Shown here in pieces: positions 1-10,189 of a stretch of 64,000 nt of DNA. Source of the DNA: Flectonema sp. DT1601 (taxonomy: Eukaryota); the NCBI GenBank assembly GCA_964019425.1, contig OZ025796.1:806001-870000 (forward strand), read 5' to 3'. The position numbers and the translations under genes were made by a program. Within the stretch, counting starts at the first letter, position 1. The number at the start of each line of letters is the position of its first letter. The notes below the pieces were generated by a model, which saw nothing but the letters and a program-made list of their open reading frames with translations, was not told where the DNA came from and searched no databases.

Positions 1-1097
1 CGTGCCTGAGCTCTCTTTGTAAGAAGTGTGTACACAGCGTACGTTATCAATCCAGCTATGACAGCATACGTTACAGTACGAGTACTACTTGTGTAAGGAC
101 TTCTTAGGTGTGATAAACCAGATGCTGCAACTATCGCAAGGGCTGCTATTTTAGCAGATTTCTGAATCAGAACCTTGTCGTGGTGGGCTCTGCATTTTCC
201 TATAACACCAAGTAGATGCTCTGCTAAGTAATCCCTAAGATGTTTAATGTAAACAAAATCGTATTCGTTTAGCCCTGTCTGCCTTGCTACTATGACACCC
301 GGCTCATGGACAGCCAACCCGAGTAGAAGTAAGTCGGCATCCCCGCTGACGAATACGTGAGTTTGGTTTGGTTTATAAAGGGTTTTTGATGATTCACCTT
401 GTTGGTGAAATTGTCTTCCTTTTTTTATAAAATCTACAAATTTATGTTCTCCCTCACCAGGACAGCGAACACCATCGATGATAACTACAAATTTACTAGT
501 TTCCGACATCGTTCCGGCCATCTGTTGCAATGCTGCAGTCGCCTTGTCCATGAAAGCAGTTCCACAACTAACGGCATTGGAGTCCCAATGTTGTTGAGGC
601 TGGACATCTGCGTATCCATATGACAGTTCTGAGATTGGAGTTTTAATGTTTTCATGTGAAATACAAGTTGTAATCACTGCGCTATCACTATCTAAAGAAG
701 AGATATTCCCCCAGGTATTATTATTACATCTAACAAGTTGACCAACGCGTGGAGGTACACATTTTGTTGGGGTGCTTTCAATAAATGATGCTGTGCGTTC
801 GCCAGTGCTTGAGTACCTTCTAGTTCGTTGTTGGTTTGCTTTTGCCATTGGTGCTACACCGTCAATTGATAGGTAGACGAGTATTTGAGGATCCATGTCT
901 TTTATCATAGTTTCAACCATGTCAAGTAACCTTTTAATACTTTCTTCTTCATTATTGCTGTAGTTTCCATCTTGTCTACAGCATTCATGAATTAATCCGT
1001 TGACATCAATATAAACATTGTCAGGTCTTTTTGGAAAATTTCCAATTATCCTTGGATAACAGCTCAGCAACCATGGGAAGTATCCCGGAATACCCAT
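1..1097 (-). CDS. XRN-family 5'-3' exoribonuclease, truncated by the window start (absent from ORF track)
   Basis: Manual translation from ATG at 1097: MGIPGYFPWL, NVYIDVNGLIH, IDGVAPMAKANQQRTRR, WDSNAVSCGTAFM, PGEGEHKF, SGDADLLLLGLAVHEP, LRDYL. These are XRN N-terminal motifs; the frame is open to position 1. Confidence 0.93.
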   Translation of the reverse strand, partial: MGIPGYFPWLLSCYPRIIGNFPKRPDNVYIDVNGLIHECCRQDGNYSNNEEESIKRLLDMVETMIKDMDPQILVYLSIDGVAPMAKANQQRTRRYSSTGERTASFIESTPTKCVPPRVGQLVRCNNNTWGNISSLDSDSAVITTCISHENIKTPISELSYGYADVQPQQHWDSNAVSCGTAFMDKATAALQQMAGTMSETSKFVVIIDGVRCPGEGEHKFVDFIKKGRQFHQQGESSKTLYKPNQTHVFVSGDADLLLLGLAVHEPGVIVARQTGLNEYDFVYIKHLRDYLAEHLLGVIGKCRAHHDKVLIQKSAKIAALAIVAASGLSHLRSPYTSSTRTVTYAVIAGLITYAVYTLLTKRAQA

Positions 1098-1394
1098 GTT
1101 TTTTTTTTTTTTTTTGTTGTTGTCAAACCGCTGCTTTTCTATCCCAAAAAAAAAAATGAATGAATTACTAAAAATTTTGCTAAACACTAATAAAAATATT
1201 ATAATATTACTTTTTTATGTTGAGCGCTCTTTTTTACAACCGTCAGGGGTGACGAACAGAAAGGCGTCAGGTCACAAATCATGATTAGGGTAAATAAAAA
1301 AATGTTGTTTGCATAACACATCTAGAAAGATTATTATTGCAAACAAAAGTACTTAATGGATTCAAACGTAAGAAACGTTTGAATTATGTTGTTT

Positions 1395-1942
1395 TCAGAA
1401 TCCGTATATTTTATTTATTTCATCATCACTGAATGTTGATTTCTTTGGTTTAGATAACCTTTCAGTGGATGACTTCATAGTTTCAGTCGATAGTTTGGCA
1501 GCATCCTGTCGTCTGAAGCTATATCTGGTTGTTTTTTTTTTGTTGTGTTGTCGGTGTGACAATAAACAAAAAAAAGTCCATACTTGTCTTCAAGCTTTCT
1601 ATGCACGTCTTCTTTATGCCGAATCGAATCGGTGTAAACCCGTTGTAAGGAACCCTCAATTTCTTCATTAGCCATGCGGTGAGGATCAGCAATTTTGTAG
1701 TATTTATTTTTAAGCTCTTTGGCTTTCATTTCTCTCCTCTTCATTTCAGCATCATGTTGTCGGACTATACTTTCTTGGAGTTGGGTCGTTGATATTAATT
1801 TTGGATCGTCTTCTCTATAAACTTTTTTAATAAGTAATTCATGTTTTTGAGTTTTTAATTTTATTTCATCTTCATAAAGACGTTTTACGGCTGCAGCTTT
1901 TTCATCTTCATTGAGCTTTCGACCTTTCAGTTGCACATCCAT
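1395..1942 (-). CDS. Small protein with ~40-aa internal repeats (RLY/RVY...KY), 2 exons; possibly cytoskeletal/flagellar
   Basis: First ATG at 1942 (MDVQLKG). Removing intron 1525-1583 gives ...LEDKYSFRRQDAAKLSTETMKSSTERLSKPKKSTFSDDEINKIYGF* (TGA 1395-1397). Function is inference only. Confidence 0.75.
1525..1583 (-). other. GT-AG cis-intron (59 nt)
   Basis: GTATGG...ACAACAAAAAAAAAACAACCAG; removal replaces a low-complexity tail with a plausible C-terminus continuing the repeat pattern. Confidence 0.8.
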
Positions 1943-2530
1943 AATTTTGTGAAAAGAAAAAAAAACCGACAGCTGAAAAAAAACAAACAAAATAATCTCA
2001 GGAACACCATCATGATTTAAAATTAACGGCGGAGTACTAAAAATCTAAATTGAGAATGGGAAAGTAAGGGAGAAAAAAAAAAAAGGGGGAGAAATCGTCT
2101 ACAAAAAAAAAAATAATAGCTGCTGAGCCAATACAATTAAAACTAAACTAGTCCTAAGGACTAAGTAAAAATATAAAAACGGTGTATTTTCTTTTATAAT
2201 TCTTTTCTTTTTTTAAATTTTATTAGGAATTAAAAAAAGAAATTATATAAAAATAATTTTCTTTCCCCACCACTAAATGTGTATCAATCACTCAGTAATG
2301 TACAGAAAAGTTGATTCCAATATATAAAAATAATGGTGCTGACAAAATACTAATACGCAATCACTTAAGAAAAAAAAAAAAAAAAAAAGGTTACATATAT
2401 TTTTCGACTCATATTGACGAGTGATTCACGTCTATAAAAAAGGAACGGTGACATTAAAAAAAAAAAAAAGATCGAAATAATTAACTCGTCTTCAGGTTGT
2501 CACGTCTGTTTTTGAAATACGTCGATTCGA

Positions 2531-5290
2531 TCATCTGGACAACAATCCACAAGAATTGAAGAATGCAGCGACCCTTTGATGAAAACTGTTGGTAGAAGGG
2601 TTTTTAAAATATAAAAAATTCCCACAACGGACAAGCAAATCAATAAACGCTGGATGTGATAACACAATCTTCTTAGTTCGACGATGCTCCACGCATTGAT
2701 GATAACCACATGATAAGGATACAAGTCGTGAAAAGACCGCTGGAGGAAGACTATTTGGCTGAACACCACAAGAACGAAGTAGTAATAACAGCTCCTTCGG
2801 ATCTTGATTAACAGATTCACACATCTCTTTCAGCATTGGAGCAACAATCAAGAGAATATCAGTAAGTTGAGGATTCTCTTCTATCACTCCTCCGTATGAT
2901 GGAGGAACAGCTTTATTCATTATAGTTGTTTCACAAAGTAATTGGGTTAATACCTTACCAGGATCTTCTCTACTTTTATAATAAGCGACAGCAACAGCTG
3001 CAGCACTATATCTAAAGTTGTCCCAGGTTAATTTTTGAACTCCTTCTGAGGTAATTCCTTTAATGATATCTTCGACTTCACTCTCGGAGAGCTTCGTTCC
3101 TTTTCGGTTTCCAGTTAGTGACGTTCCAGAAATATCACTGTCACGTAAGAGTTTTATAAACATACTCCTCATAACGTATGGTTTTCCTGGTTCAGCATAC
3201 CTCCCAAATAAGCTCAATAATAAAGTATTTATTGATGGCGTGGGGATTATCTTCGACCAGGGGTTTTGTTGTTTTTTCTTTCCAACTGGATTGGAATTCC
3301 GATGAGGGTTACGAACTGCACTGAGTGCTGTTGGAGTAATGACAATACTCGATGATCTGGAAGAGATTCCTGCTGATGCTGACTGTGATCTACTTCGATT
3401 TGTTGAACAGCTGATTCTCCTTCGATGAATATTTTGATAAAGATCGTCTTCTACTTGCTTAGGTGCGGATTCTCTTTTATGAAGACCGCTGCTGCTGCTA
3501 CTTCGACTGGCGGGTTGGTTCCGCTCGGTTGATATTTTTATATTTCTCTTATTTGATATCGAACTCTTACCTCCCGACACTGATGCTGATCTTTGTGATG
3601 AACTTCTTGAGTACGATGGCTGCCTCTTAGTTTCTACAGTCTTTCGATTCAAATTAGTTGTGTTCTTCCCTCGAGTATGTGGGGTATTTACCTGAAGCTC
3701 TACCAAAACAGTTTTTGCTTTTGATGAATGGTCTTGTCTGATATGTTTATTTTGTAATTCATCAGAACTCCTACTGCTCTCTGATACTAAACTTTTCACA
3801 ACAGGTCCTTCCATTTGAGGCCTGCTGTTGTTGTTAGTCTCGCTAAGACTAGATTCAGAAATCGTATTTCTCTGATGAGGAACGTTTGAGTCAGACCTGA
3901 ATGCTTTTATTTCTGCGAGTCCTAAAGGCATAGCAGATCGAAATGTTGGAGTTTGATACATCTCTGCTCGTAGTTGATTTATTTTTAACCTTCTTTCATT
4001 TTGAGATATTTCCATATGACTGCTGTCAATACAATCCCTGCTGATATTCTCCACATCACCAGTTGGGTTTATATCATAGACGGGAAGATCAACTGGGGGA
4101 AGGGAACGCAGATCGCTATAATTTGAATGACGCCTATCAGGCAATTCACTCTGAGGTGATACCTGAACATTATGATAATTATATTGGGATACTGAACGAT
4201 GACTGCTATCAAATTGCGTTCCCTGAGCAGAGTTACTCCTAGAGATGTCACATTGCTCAGGTTTCATTTGGTGAATCGATCCAGCTTTTGTTAGTATCAC
4301 ATGCATCTCTGTTGGTTCAGTTATTTTAAGTTTTCTAAATAATTTAAGAAGCTGTTCAGAGCAATCTGCTGTTCCAGCTAAAGCAGGGCATTGGCAATGA
4401 GCGATAATACAAAGAAGATCTATGAATGATTGTAAAGTGATTTCAGAAACTTTCAAATATCGTTGAACGACTTCAAACATATCAACTTCCTCATCCAAAA
4501 CACGAAATAATTTCATCATTTTCGAAAAGGCTTCAATCGACATCCCAGAATATGGTTTTTTTTCAAACAGTTTATTTCGTGGTAGCAGACTACACTGAGA
4601 TCCTTCCCAAAAAAACATAAATAATGAAATTAATGACTCGCTGTGGACTTTAACAAGACGAAGTGACAGGGGATGCGAACCCTGTGACAGACCTGCATTC
4701 TGCTGTGCTATTAACTGAATGATTTCAGTTTTAAATAATATAAATTTCGAAGATAATTTCGTAGTTAGTTTTGAACCCCAGCAATCTTCAATAAAGTTAT
4801 TCAGATTTTTAAAATTTCTCATCATACCAAAATCTATTGATGATGGTTGTATGACATCAACGAGTATCTCTCTATATTCTGAACAGTTTATTTCTTTTGG
4901 AATGTTTCCCAACCCACCGTACATGTCTTCAGCTATTTTATACAGTGGAGTGTCGTTACCGCAAACCAATATTCTTAATATTTTACAAAACAGAGACCAA
5001 GTCATTAGGTAGTGAGATGATTCTTTTCTTATTTGATCTGGGCTGTCTAATTCATAAGGTTGGATGATCTCTTTACAGGAAACTTTACTGATGCAAACGA
5101 ATAAGGAATTCAATAAAAAGTCTGCTTTTGGTGATAACATTGTATCGTACTCAATATGCATGTCTTCCTCTTCGTGTTGTTGTTGTTGTTGTTGTTGTTG
5201 GTAGTGGAGGTCGTTGTGTTGCTCTTCTTCAAAACCGAAATCGCATCCCCTCAGGTCAGCTGAAACAACAAAACCTGGTGGGACCGGCAT
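2531..5290 (-). CDS. 919-aa hypothetical protein: short polyQ, Ser-rich disordered middle, possible p25-alpha/TPPP-like helical domain near C-terminus
   Basis: Long ORF. Segment LFGRYA...MFIKLLRDSDI...LSESEVEDII...KLTWDNF resembles p25-alpha/EF-like folds (weak, by eye). Confidence 0.75.
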   Translation of the reverse strand: MPVPPGFVVSADLRGCDFGFEEEQHNDLHYQQQQQQQQHEEEDMHIEYDTMLSPKADFLLNSLFVCISKVSCKEIIQPYELDSPDQIRKESSHYLMTWSLFCKILRILVCGNDTPLYKIAEDMYGGLGNIPKEINCSEYREILVDVIQPSSIDFGMMRNFKNLNNFIEDCWGSKLTTKLSSKFILFKTEIIQLIAQQNAGLSQGSHPLSLRLVKVHSESLISLFMFFWEGSQCSLLPRNKLFEKKPYSGMSIEAFSKMMKLFRVLDEEVDMFEVVQRYLKVSEITLQSFIDLLCIIAHCQCPALAGTADCSEQLLKLFRKLKITEPTEMHVILTKAGSIHQMKPEQCDISRSNSAQGTQFDSSHRSVSQYNYHNVQVSPQSELPDRRHSNYSDLRSLPPVDLPVYDINPTGDVENISRDCIDSSHMEISQNERRLKINQLRAEMYQTPTFRSAMPLGLAEIKAFRSDSNVPHQRNTISESSLSETNNNSRPQMEGPVVKSLVSESSRSSDELQNKHIRQDHSSKAKTVLVELQVNTPHTRGKNTTNLNRKTVETKRQPSYSRSSSQRSASVSGGKSSISNKRNIKISTERNQPASRSSSSSGLHKRESAPKQVEDDLYQNIHRRRISCSTNRSRSQSASAGISSRSSSIVITPTALSAVRNPHRNSNPVGKKKQQNPWSKIIPTPSINTLLLSLFGRYAEPGKPYVMRSMFIKLLRDSDISGTSLTGNRKGTKLSESEVEDIIKGITSEGVQKLTWDNFRYSAAAVAVAYYKSREDPGKVLTQLLCETTIMNKAVPPSYGGVIEENPQLTDILLIVAPMLKEMCESVNQDPKELLLLLRSCGVQPNSLPPAVFSRLVSLSCGYHQCVEHRRTKKIVLSHPAFIDLLVRCGNFLYFKNPSTNSFHQRVAAFFNSCGLLSR

Positions 5291-5632
5291 TTCTGTGTGC
5301 CACCCTCCCCCCTATAAAAAACAGTCATAGGTAAGTAACACTCATATGACATGCAGTCAATTACTATGCTGCCGCTGACAGTTAAGATTGTCAGCGGAGA
5401 GAGTGTTGTTCCTTTAGAGCTTGATATTACAGTATTAATCTACCTGTACATTAAAAAAAAAAAAAGAGATAAATTTAAAAAAAAGATTAGCTTTAGAATT
5501 AACAATCTGAAATTCGAACGTAAATAACATTTCTCTCAACAAAAAGAAAGACATCAACTATTCAGATGTTTCACAATATTTGATAACATTTCAAAACCCG
5601 CAGTACTGAGTTGACCGTCACCATTACTGTAC

Positions 5633-7126
5633 TTATTTTATACCAAACAAACGACCGATTCTGTAAATGAAATCTCTGTCCATAAGTCGAGTGTCTCGTA
5701 ACCCGTCGACAACAGAAACGTTTGGATCATAAATGCCTAGCAATCTTTTAAAGAAAGAAGTTTCCTTAGGCCACGTGTTATGATGTAAAGAATCTTCTAC
5801 TTCAAATCCTGGAGCAGGAGTGTATGATAACGGGAAATCAGCAGCTCTGCGAAGAGGGAAACGCAAGTTTGTAACCAACTCTTCACCGTCCTCAACATCT
5901 CTAATGGTCACTGCAACTAATGTATTAATTAAATATAAGAATTGATTACTCTGTGCTTCTCCATGGTTAGTAAACGTACTGCCAAAACGCTTCTGATTTT
6001 GAACAATTTGACGACTCATACACTTGTGATAATCGTCGTATATAAAATACCGAATAACACTATCCCCAGGAACAGGAGGATCAACTCTGTTTGGCACATA
6101 TGGCAACAAGTCTTTAGGAAACTGAACAGGCAATGACACTGGAATTAAAATTACATTCGGAAGTCGTTCCACTCCACAGTGATTAATGTAGTTTGCGTGT
6201 GAGAAGGAGTGGTCCCATTTTAATCCAACAATCCCTTTAAGTCCTGCTCTTGGAGCCCAATCTTCATTAGATAAATAAGGTGTTAGGTTTCGGTTAATTA
6301 ATCTGTGAAATATATACAAAATTATTGGTGACCAGACTTTTCTAGTTTGCTTTTCTAGTCTGCTCATATCACTGCGGGGTTCAGTTCCGAAATCGCGAAC
6401 ATACTGAGCAACGTTGCTGTGATAAAGTAGTACTCCTTGGCGAACTTCTTCGGGTGTGAATTCTTTAAATTGGTTAGGATAGGCATCTAAGTCAGCTTCA
6501 AACATTGTTCCGTCGACCATACCATTTCTGTTATAAATATAAGGACTGCACTTAATGGCGTTGCCTTTACTGTCTTGTGGGTTTGTTTTCCCCAGTTTAT
6601 TATACCCTTGCCATATAACACCGGGAATCATACCAACTATTTCACCTTGAGGGATTTTCCCCTTTGCGAATAAACCTTTCTTGTGATGAAAACTCCTGTT
6701 TTCATTTAACAAAGAGCTTTCCTTTATTTCGGTGTTGTATCCAAATTTTTCTGTAAAATTATCCTTTTGTATCGCTCTAAGGCCTTCTTCAACACGGCCA
6801 ATAAGGATTTTGTGTGTGTCCTTCCAACGTGCTCTGCAACACCGCCAAGTAGTTTCCCACCGGGTTTTTTCTTTTTCTACAGGTTCCATTCCATTGCGAA
6901 TTCTTTCATTGTTGTCGATAACATCTCCGACTAAGGTCCAATCTCTTTTCCACTGGACGAATGGAGCTCTAACAGTAAAGTTTCGTTCATAGAGAAACTT
7001 TTCATGGAGTCTGGCAAGTATTTTACCGAAACCTAATGATTCTGGGTGAATGAGTCCTTGTTGATCAAACATCAGAGGCCGACCATCCTTCCCTGACTGA
7101 CATAACCTCCCAACACTGCGACGCAT
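5633..7126 (-). CDS. SETD9-like SET-domain protein with putative mitochondrial presequence
   Basis: GLFAKGKIPQGEIVGMIPG, ANYINHC..PNV....P..FP..L..Y.PN and VTIRDVEDGEELVTN match the SET/SETD9 pattern; Arg-rich, acid-free N-terminus MRRSVGRLCQS. Confidence 0.72.
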   Translation of the reverse strand: MRRSVGRLCQSGKDGRPLMFDQQGLIHPESLGFGKILARLHEKFLYERNFTVRAPFVQWKRDWTLVGDVIDNNERIRNGMEPVEKEKTRWETTWRCCRARWKDTHKILIGRVEEGLRAIQKDNFTEKFGYNTEIKESSLLNENRSFHHKKGLFAKGKIPQGEIVGMIPGVIWQGYNKLGKTNPQDSKGNAIKCSPYIYNRNGMVDGTMFEADLDAYPNQFKEFTPEEVRQGVLLYHSNVAQYVRDFGTEPRSDMSRLEKQTRKVWSPIILYIFHRLINRNLTPYLSNEDWAPRAGLKGIVGLKWDHSFSHANYINHCGVERLPNVILIPVSLPVQFPKDLLPYVPNRVDPPVPGDSVIRYFIYDDYHKCMSRQIVQNQKRFGSTFTNHGEAQSNQFLYLINTLVAVTIRDVEDGEELVTNLRFPLRRAADFPLSYTPAPGFEVEDSLHHNTWPKETSFFKRLLGIYDPNVSVVDGLRDTRLMDRDFIYRIGRLFGIK

Positions 7127-7864
7127 GTTCTTCAGATTACCTGAGTTAAGAAGTTATATTTTTAGTTTTTTTTTTTTTTTTTAATTATTATTATTATTTA
7201 TTATTAGTTTCTAAAATAACGAAAAGGGAATAAAAAAAAACTATTTTCTGTGAAATTTTCTGTAAAGAACAATAACAATAAAAAGAAGAAAAAAAAAGAG
7301 GAGAAAAGTATAAATAAATTTGCGTTAATGAGGGTAGAATGACATTGGAAACTAACACCAAGCAAACTACGTTACTAAACTCGTGTTTAAATAAAACAAT
7401 CACGTGCTGTGCGTATGTGGCATTTAAAGGAAAGCTCCAAATAGCCTCGAAAACATAGAATTGAATATATAAAAAGGGAAGGAAAACTTGGGTAGAGTTG
7501 TAGTGTTCAACAGTGTAAAAAAGAAAATTATTATCAAATTTGTGAAATAATAATAATAAAAAAAAAAAAAAAAACCAAACACAGAATATAAGCCAGCAAT
7601 GTAACAATTTATGTTTATTCCAGTCAGGGGTTTTCATCTAACTAACCTGTTGAGTGTAAGAAACGAAAAAAAAGAAGAAAAAATGCGAAAAGCTGCAACC
7701 GGCCATCAGTGGAAACTAAAAGCGCAAGATTGCAATTTTGATAGGATTAGTACAGAAAGGGAGGAACAAGTCAAGTCTGATTTGTTATTACAAGACAGGA
7801 GATTGTATACTTACTATTTATGTTTTATACTAAAATATAATTACAATCCCATTTACGACTTCTA

Positions 7865-8368
7865 TCAGTTTGATGTCGGAGCATATGTCCGTATCTGTTC
7901 ATGTGTCCAATCATCTTGTTTACTTGAGTGTATGTGCTCCTCCTGTTGTACGTTTAGTGCAGCGTCACAGGGTTCTTCTGAAGACTTGCTTGTATTTTTA
8001 TGTTCATCGGAAATTGCATTCAGTGCTGGAGGAACAGAGTTTTTCAAAGCTTCAGTTAGATCCAGTGGTCCTACAGCATTCGTAAACGCTGACAGATCAA
8101 GCTCACTCAGTGGAGACGATACAGGTGCTCCCAAGCAGGGAGACGTACAGCTCATTTGACTATTTTGTTCAATCCCACTACTTACTAACAATTGACCTTC
8201 TGGATTAGTATCTTTTCCTAAACTTTCAATTTCAGGAAGTCTCATTTTCGCCGTATAAGACGCATGCATTGCCTGTTATTGTTTAATATTGTGGTTAACT
8301 GCTTTCTTAGTAATTAATAAAACGCAAACCTGTTCGGCTGCGTGCGCCGCAGTCGTCTGTGCTACCAT
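7865..8368 (-). CDS. Hypothetical protein, 2 exons
   Basis: ATG 8368 MVAQTTAAHAAEQ joins in frame across intron 8273-8329 to AMHASY... of ORF 7865-8269. Confidence 0.65.
8273..8329 (-). other. GT-AG cis-intron (57 nt)
   Basis: CAG|GTTTGC...ATTAAACAATAACAG|GCA, phase 0, joins two open frames. Confidence 0.7.
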
Positions 8369-8629
8369 GTCGATACTTCCAATAGTGTTCTTGTTGTAAA
8401 GCCTGCTATAATAATGAATAATAAACTTTTTCTGCATCAATCTAAAATACACGTAGTACCAAACCAGAAATCAAGGCAATACCAAAAGGACAATAGAACT
8501 GCTACAGAAATAGCAATACCATCCCTTAAGAGTTCGAGAATTTGAAAAAAAAAGAGACTGCTTTGGGCCAAGTGAAAACAACAAATACAAAGAAGATGTG
8601 TAAATAAACAGAAAATACAAAACAATTGG

Positions 8630-9907
8630 CTACAGCTCCTGGAGTCTCTTGGCTTCTGCCCTTCTGCGATTCATTTCGTCCCACATTTCACGTTTCTTAC
8701 TTTCTTTCAACAATAATTGATCGCTGTCAGTGTGATGTACTTTTTGAGTAGTTTTTAAAAGTGTAGATTTCCAGAACAGTTGATCAGCCGCTTCATTATC
8801 AGAATCATCAGCTCCCCAGAGTAGCTGTCTGGACATTAGAGATCTTTCCATTCTTTTTCGATGTTGGTCTTCTTCATCATCACTCGAAGAGGAGTACTCA
8901 GATTCACTGTCTGTATCTGATGATAATGGATTAAAGGTTTTACTCTGAACTCTCATACAGCTTTGTGCTAAGGATAGCTTCTTTAGTCGTGGACCTGTAA
9001 CTTGTCGAAGAGGTGAAGCGCCTTGAACTGATCTCAATTGAATTTTATTTTTTGGTAAATTACTTCTCTGAGCATACCACCTCCGAGCTCCTTGAGCAGC
9101 AGCTCTAACTGGATGTCCGGTAACTGGTTCACGATGAGTTTCAAACTTTACTTCTGAATCAGTATTACGAGACTTTAATAATATAACTGCTTCTTCAGCT
9201 CCCATTGATTTCAGTGTTCTCCAGGCTACGAGTTCTGCTGGGACATCAATTGCTTCTCTTATATAAATAATTGGATGCATTAATTGATAAGAAACATGAC
9301 CAGGTAACGCAGTCATTGTCACGTCTAACAAATGACTACTTTGAATTGATATTCTTTCTTCAAACGTTTCGCTGATAAATTTAACCATCTTGTCTCTAAT
9401 TTGAATATCAAGTGATTGTTGTCCTATTGGAAGCTTTTTTAAAACTCCTCGAGGACCTGCTACCCGACTACGATCAACGGAAGTCTTCATCCTAGGTCTT
9501 TGTCGTGGTGTGCTAAGAGGAAGAGATGGTGATATTGGTGTTTCCCTTAAAAGTCTACTTGCAGCTCTCTGAATTGACTGTACTGATAGTGTTTGTGGTG
9601 TTGTTATGGTCGGTAGCTTATCATTGGATTTGAACTCTCTTCTTGTAATCACGGGTGACTTTATAAACTTTTGTTTTAGTCCCAGAATATCTCTGATGTC
9701 ACTCCCTCCATGTTCAAGTTGTTCTAATATAGCAAGTTGTTTCATTTTAGATTCTATCCACGGCAGAGAGATACCTGAATCGATTTCACCATCCTTCTCT
9801 TTATCGATATCATCTTCAATCGAAAAATTATGATTATGACTGTCCACGAGAGAACTCTTAGTCAGCATCTTCTTTGATATGCTTGACGACATTTTACATC
9901 CAACCAT
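8630..9907 (-). CDS. Hypothetical protein (425 aa)
   Basis: Long ORF on the cluster strand; no recognised domain. Confidence 0.7.
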   Translation of the reverse strand: MVGCKMSSSISKKMLTKSSLVDSHNHNFSIEDDIDKEKDGEIDSGISLPWIESKMKQLAILEQLEHGGSDIRDILGLKQKFIKSPVITRREFKSNDKLPTITTPQTLSVQSIQRAASRLLRETPISPSLPLSTPRQRPRMKTSVDRSRVAGPRGVLKKLPIGQQSLDIQIRDKMVKFISETFEERISIQSSHLLDVTMTALPGHVSYQLMHPIIYIREAIDVPAELVAWRTLKSMGAEEAVILLKSRNTDSEVKFETHREPVTGHPVRAAAQGARRWYAQRSNLPKNKIQLRSVQGASPLRQVTGPRLKKLSLAQSCMRVQSKTFNPLSSDTDSESEYSSSSDDEEDQHRKRMERSLMSRQLLWGADDSDNEAADQLFWKSTLLKTTQKVHHTDSDQLLLKESKKREMWDEMNRRRAEAKRLQEL

Positions 9908-10189
9908 CTCACTCTGCTTGATAATGTGGATATAGAAAACGAATTAAAAAAAAACAACAAGTAGGAACGTACAGCTCATGTAGTTGTATTAAATGCACCT
10001 GTTGACTAGCAGTATAGACTAAACCAACAACAACAGTAACATCAGTAGAAACACAATCAGAACAGAAGTAGTCGGCAGGGCACTGCCGAAAAAAAAGGTT
10101 GGATAAGAAAAAAAGAATAAGAAAACTCAATCCGATAGGAAGGCCGTCTAAATAAGCAAACAAGGCACAAATATATTACACATCCCGTA

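Noticed and set aside
5326..5340. ACTTACCT match to the U1 snRNA 5' end (minus strand)
   Set aside because: Only 8 nt; no U1 stem-loops or Sm site; lies in an acceptor tract
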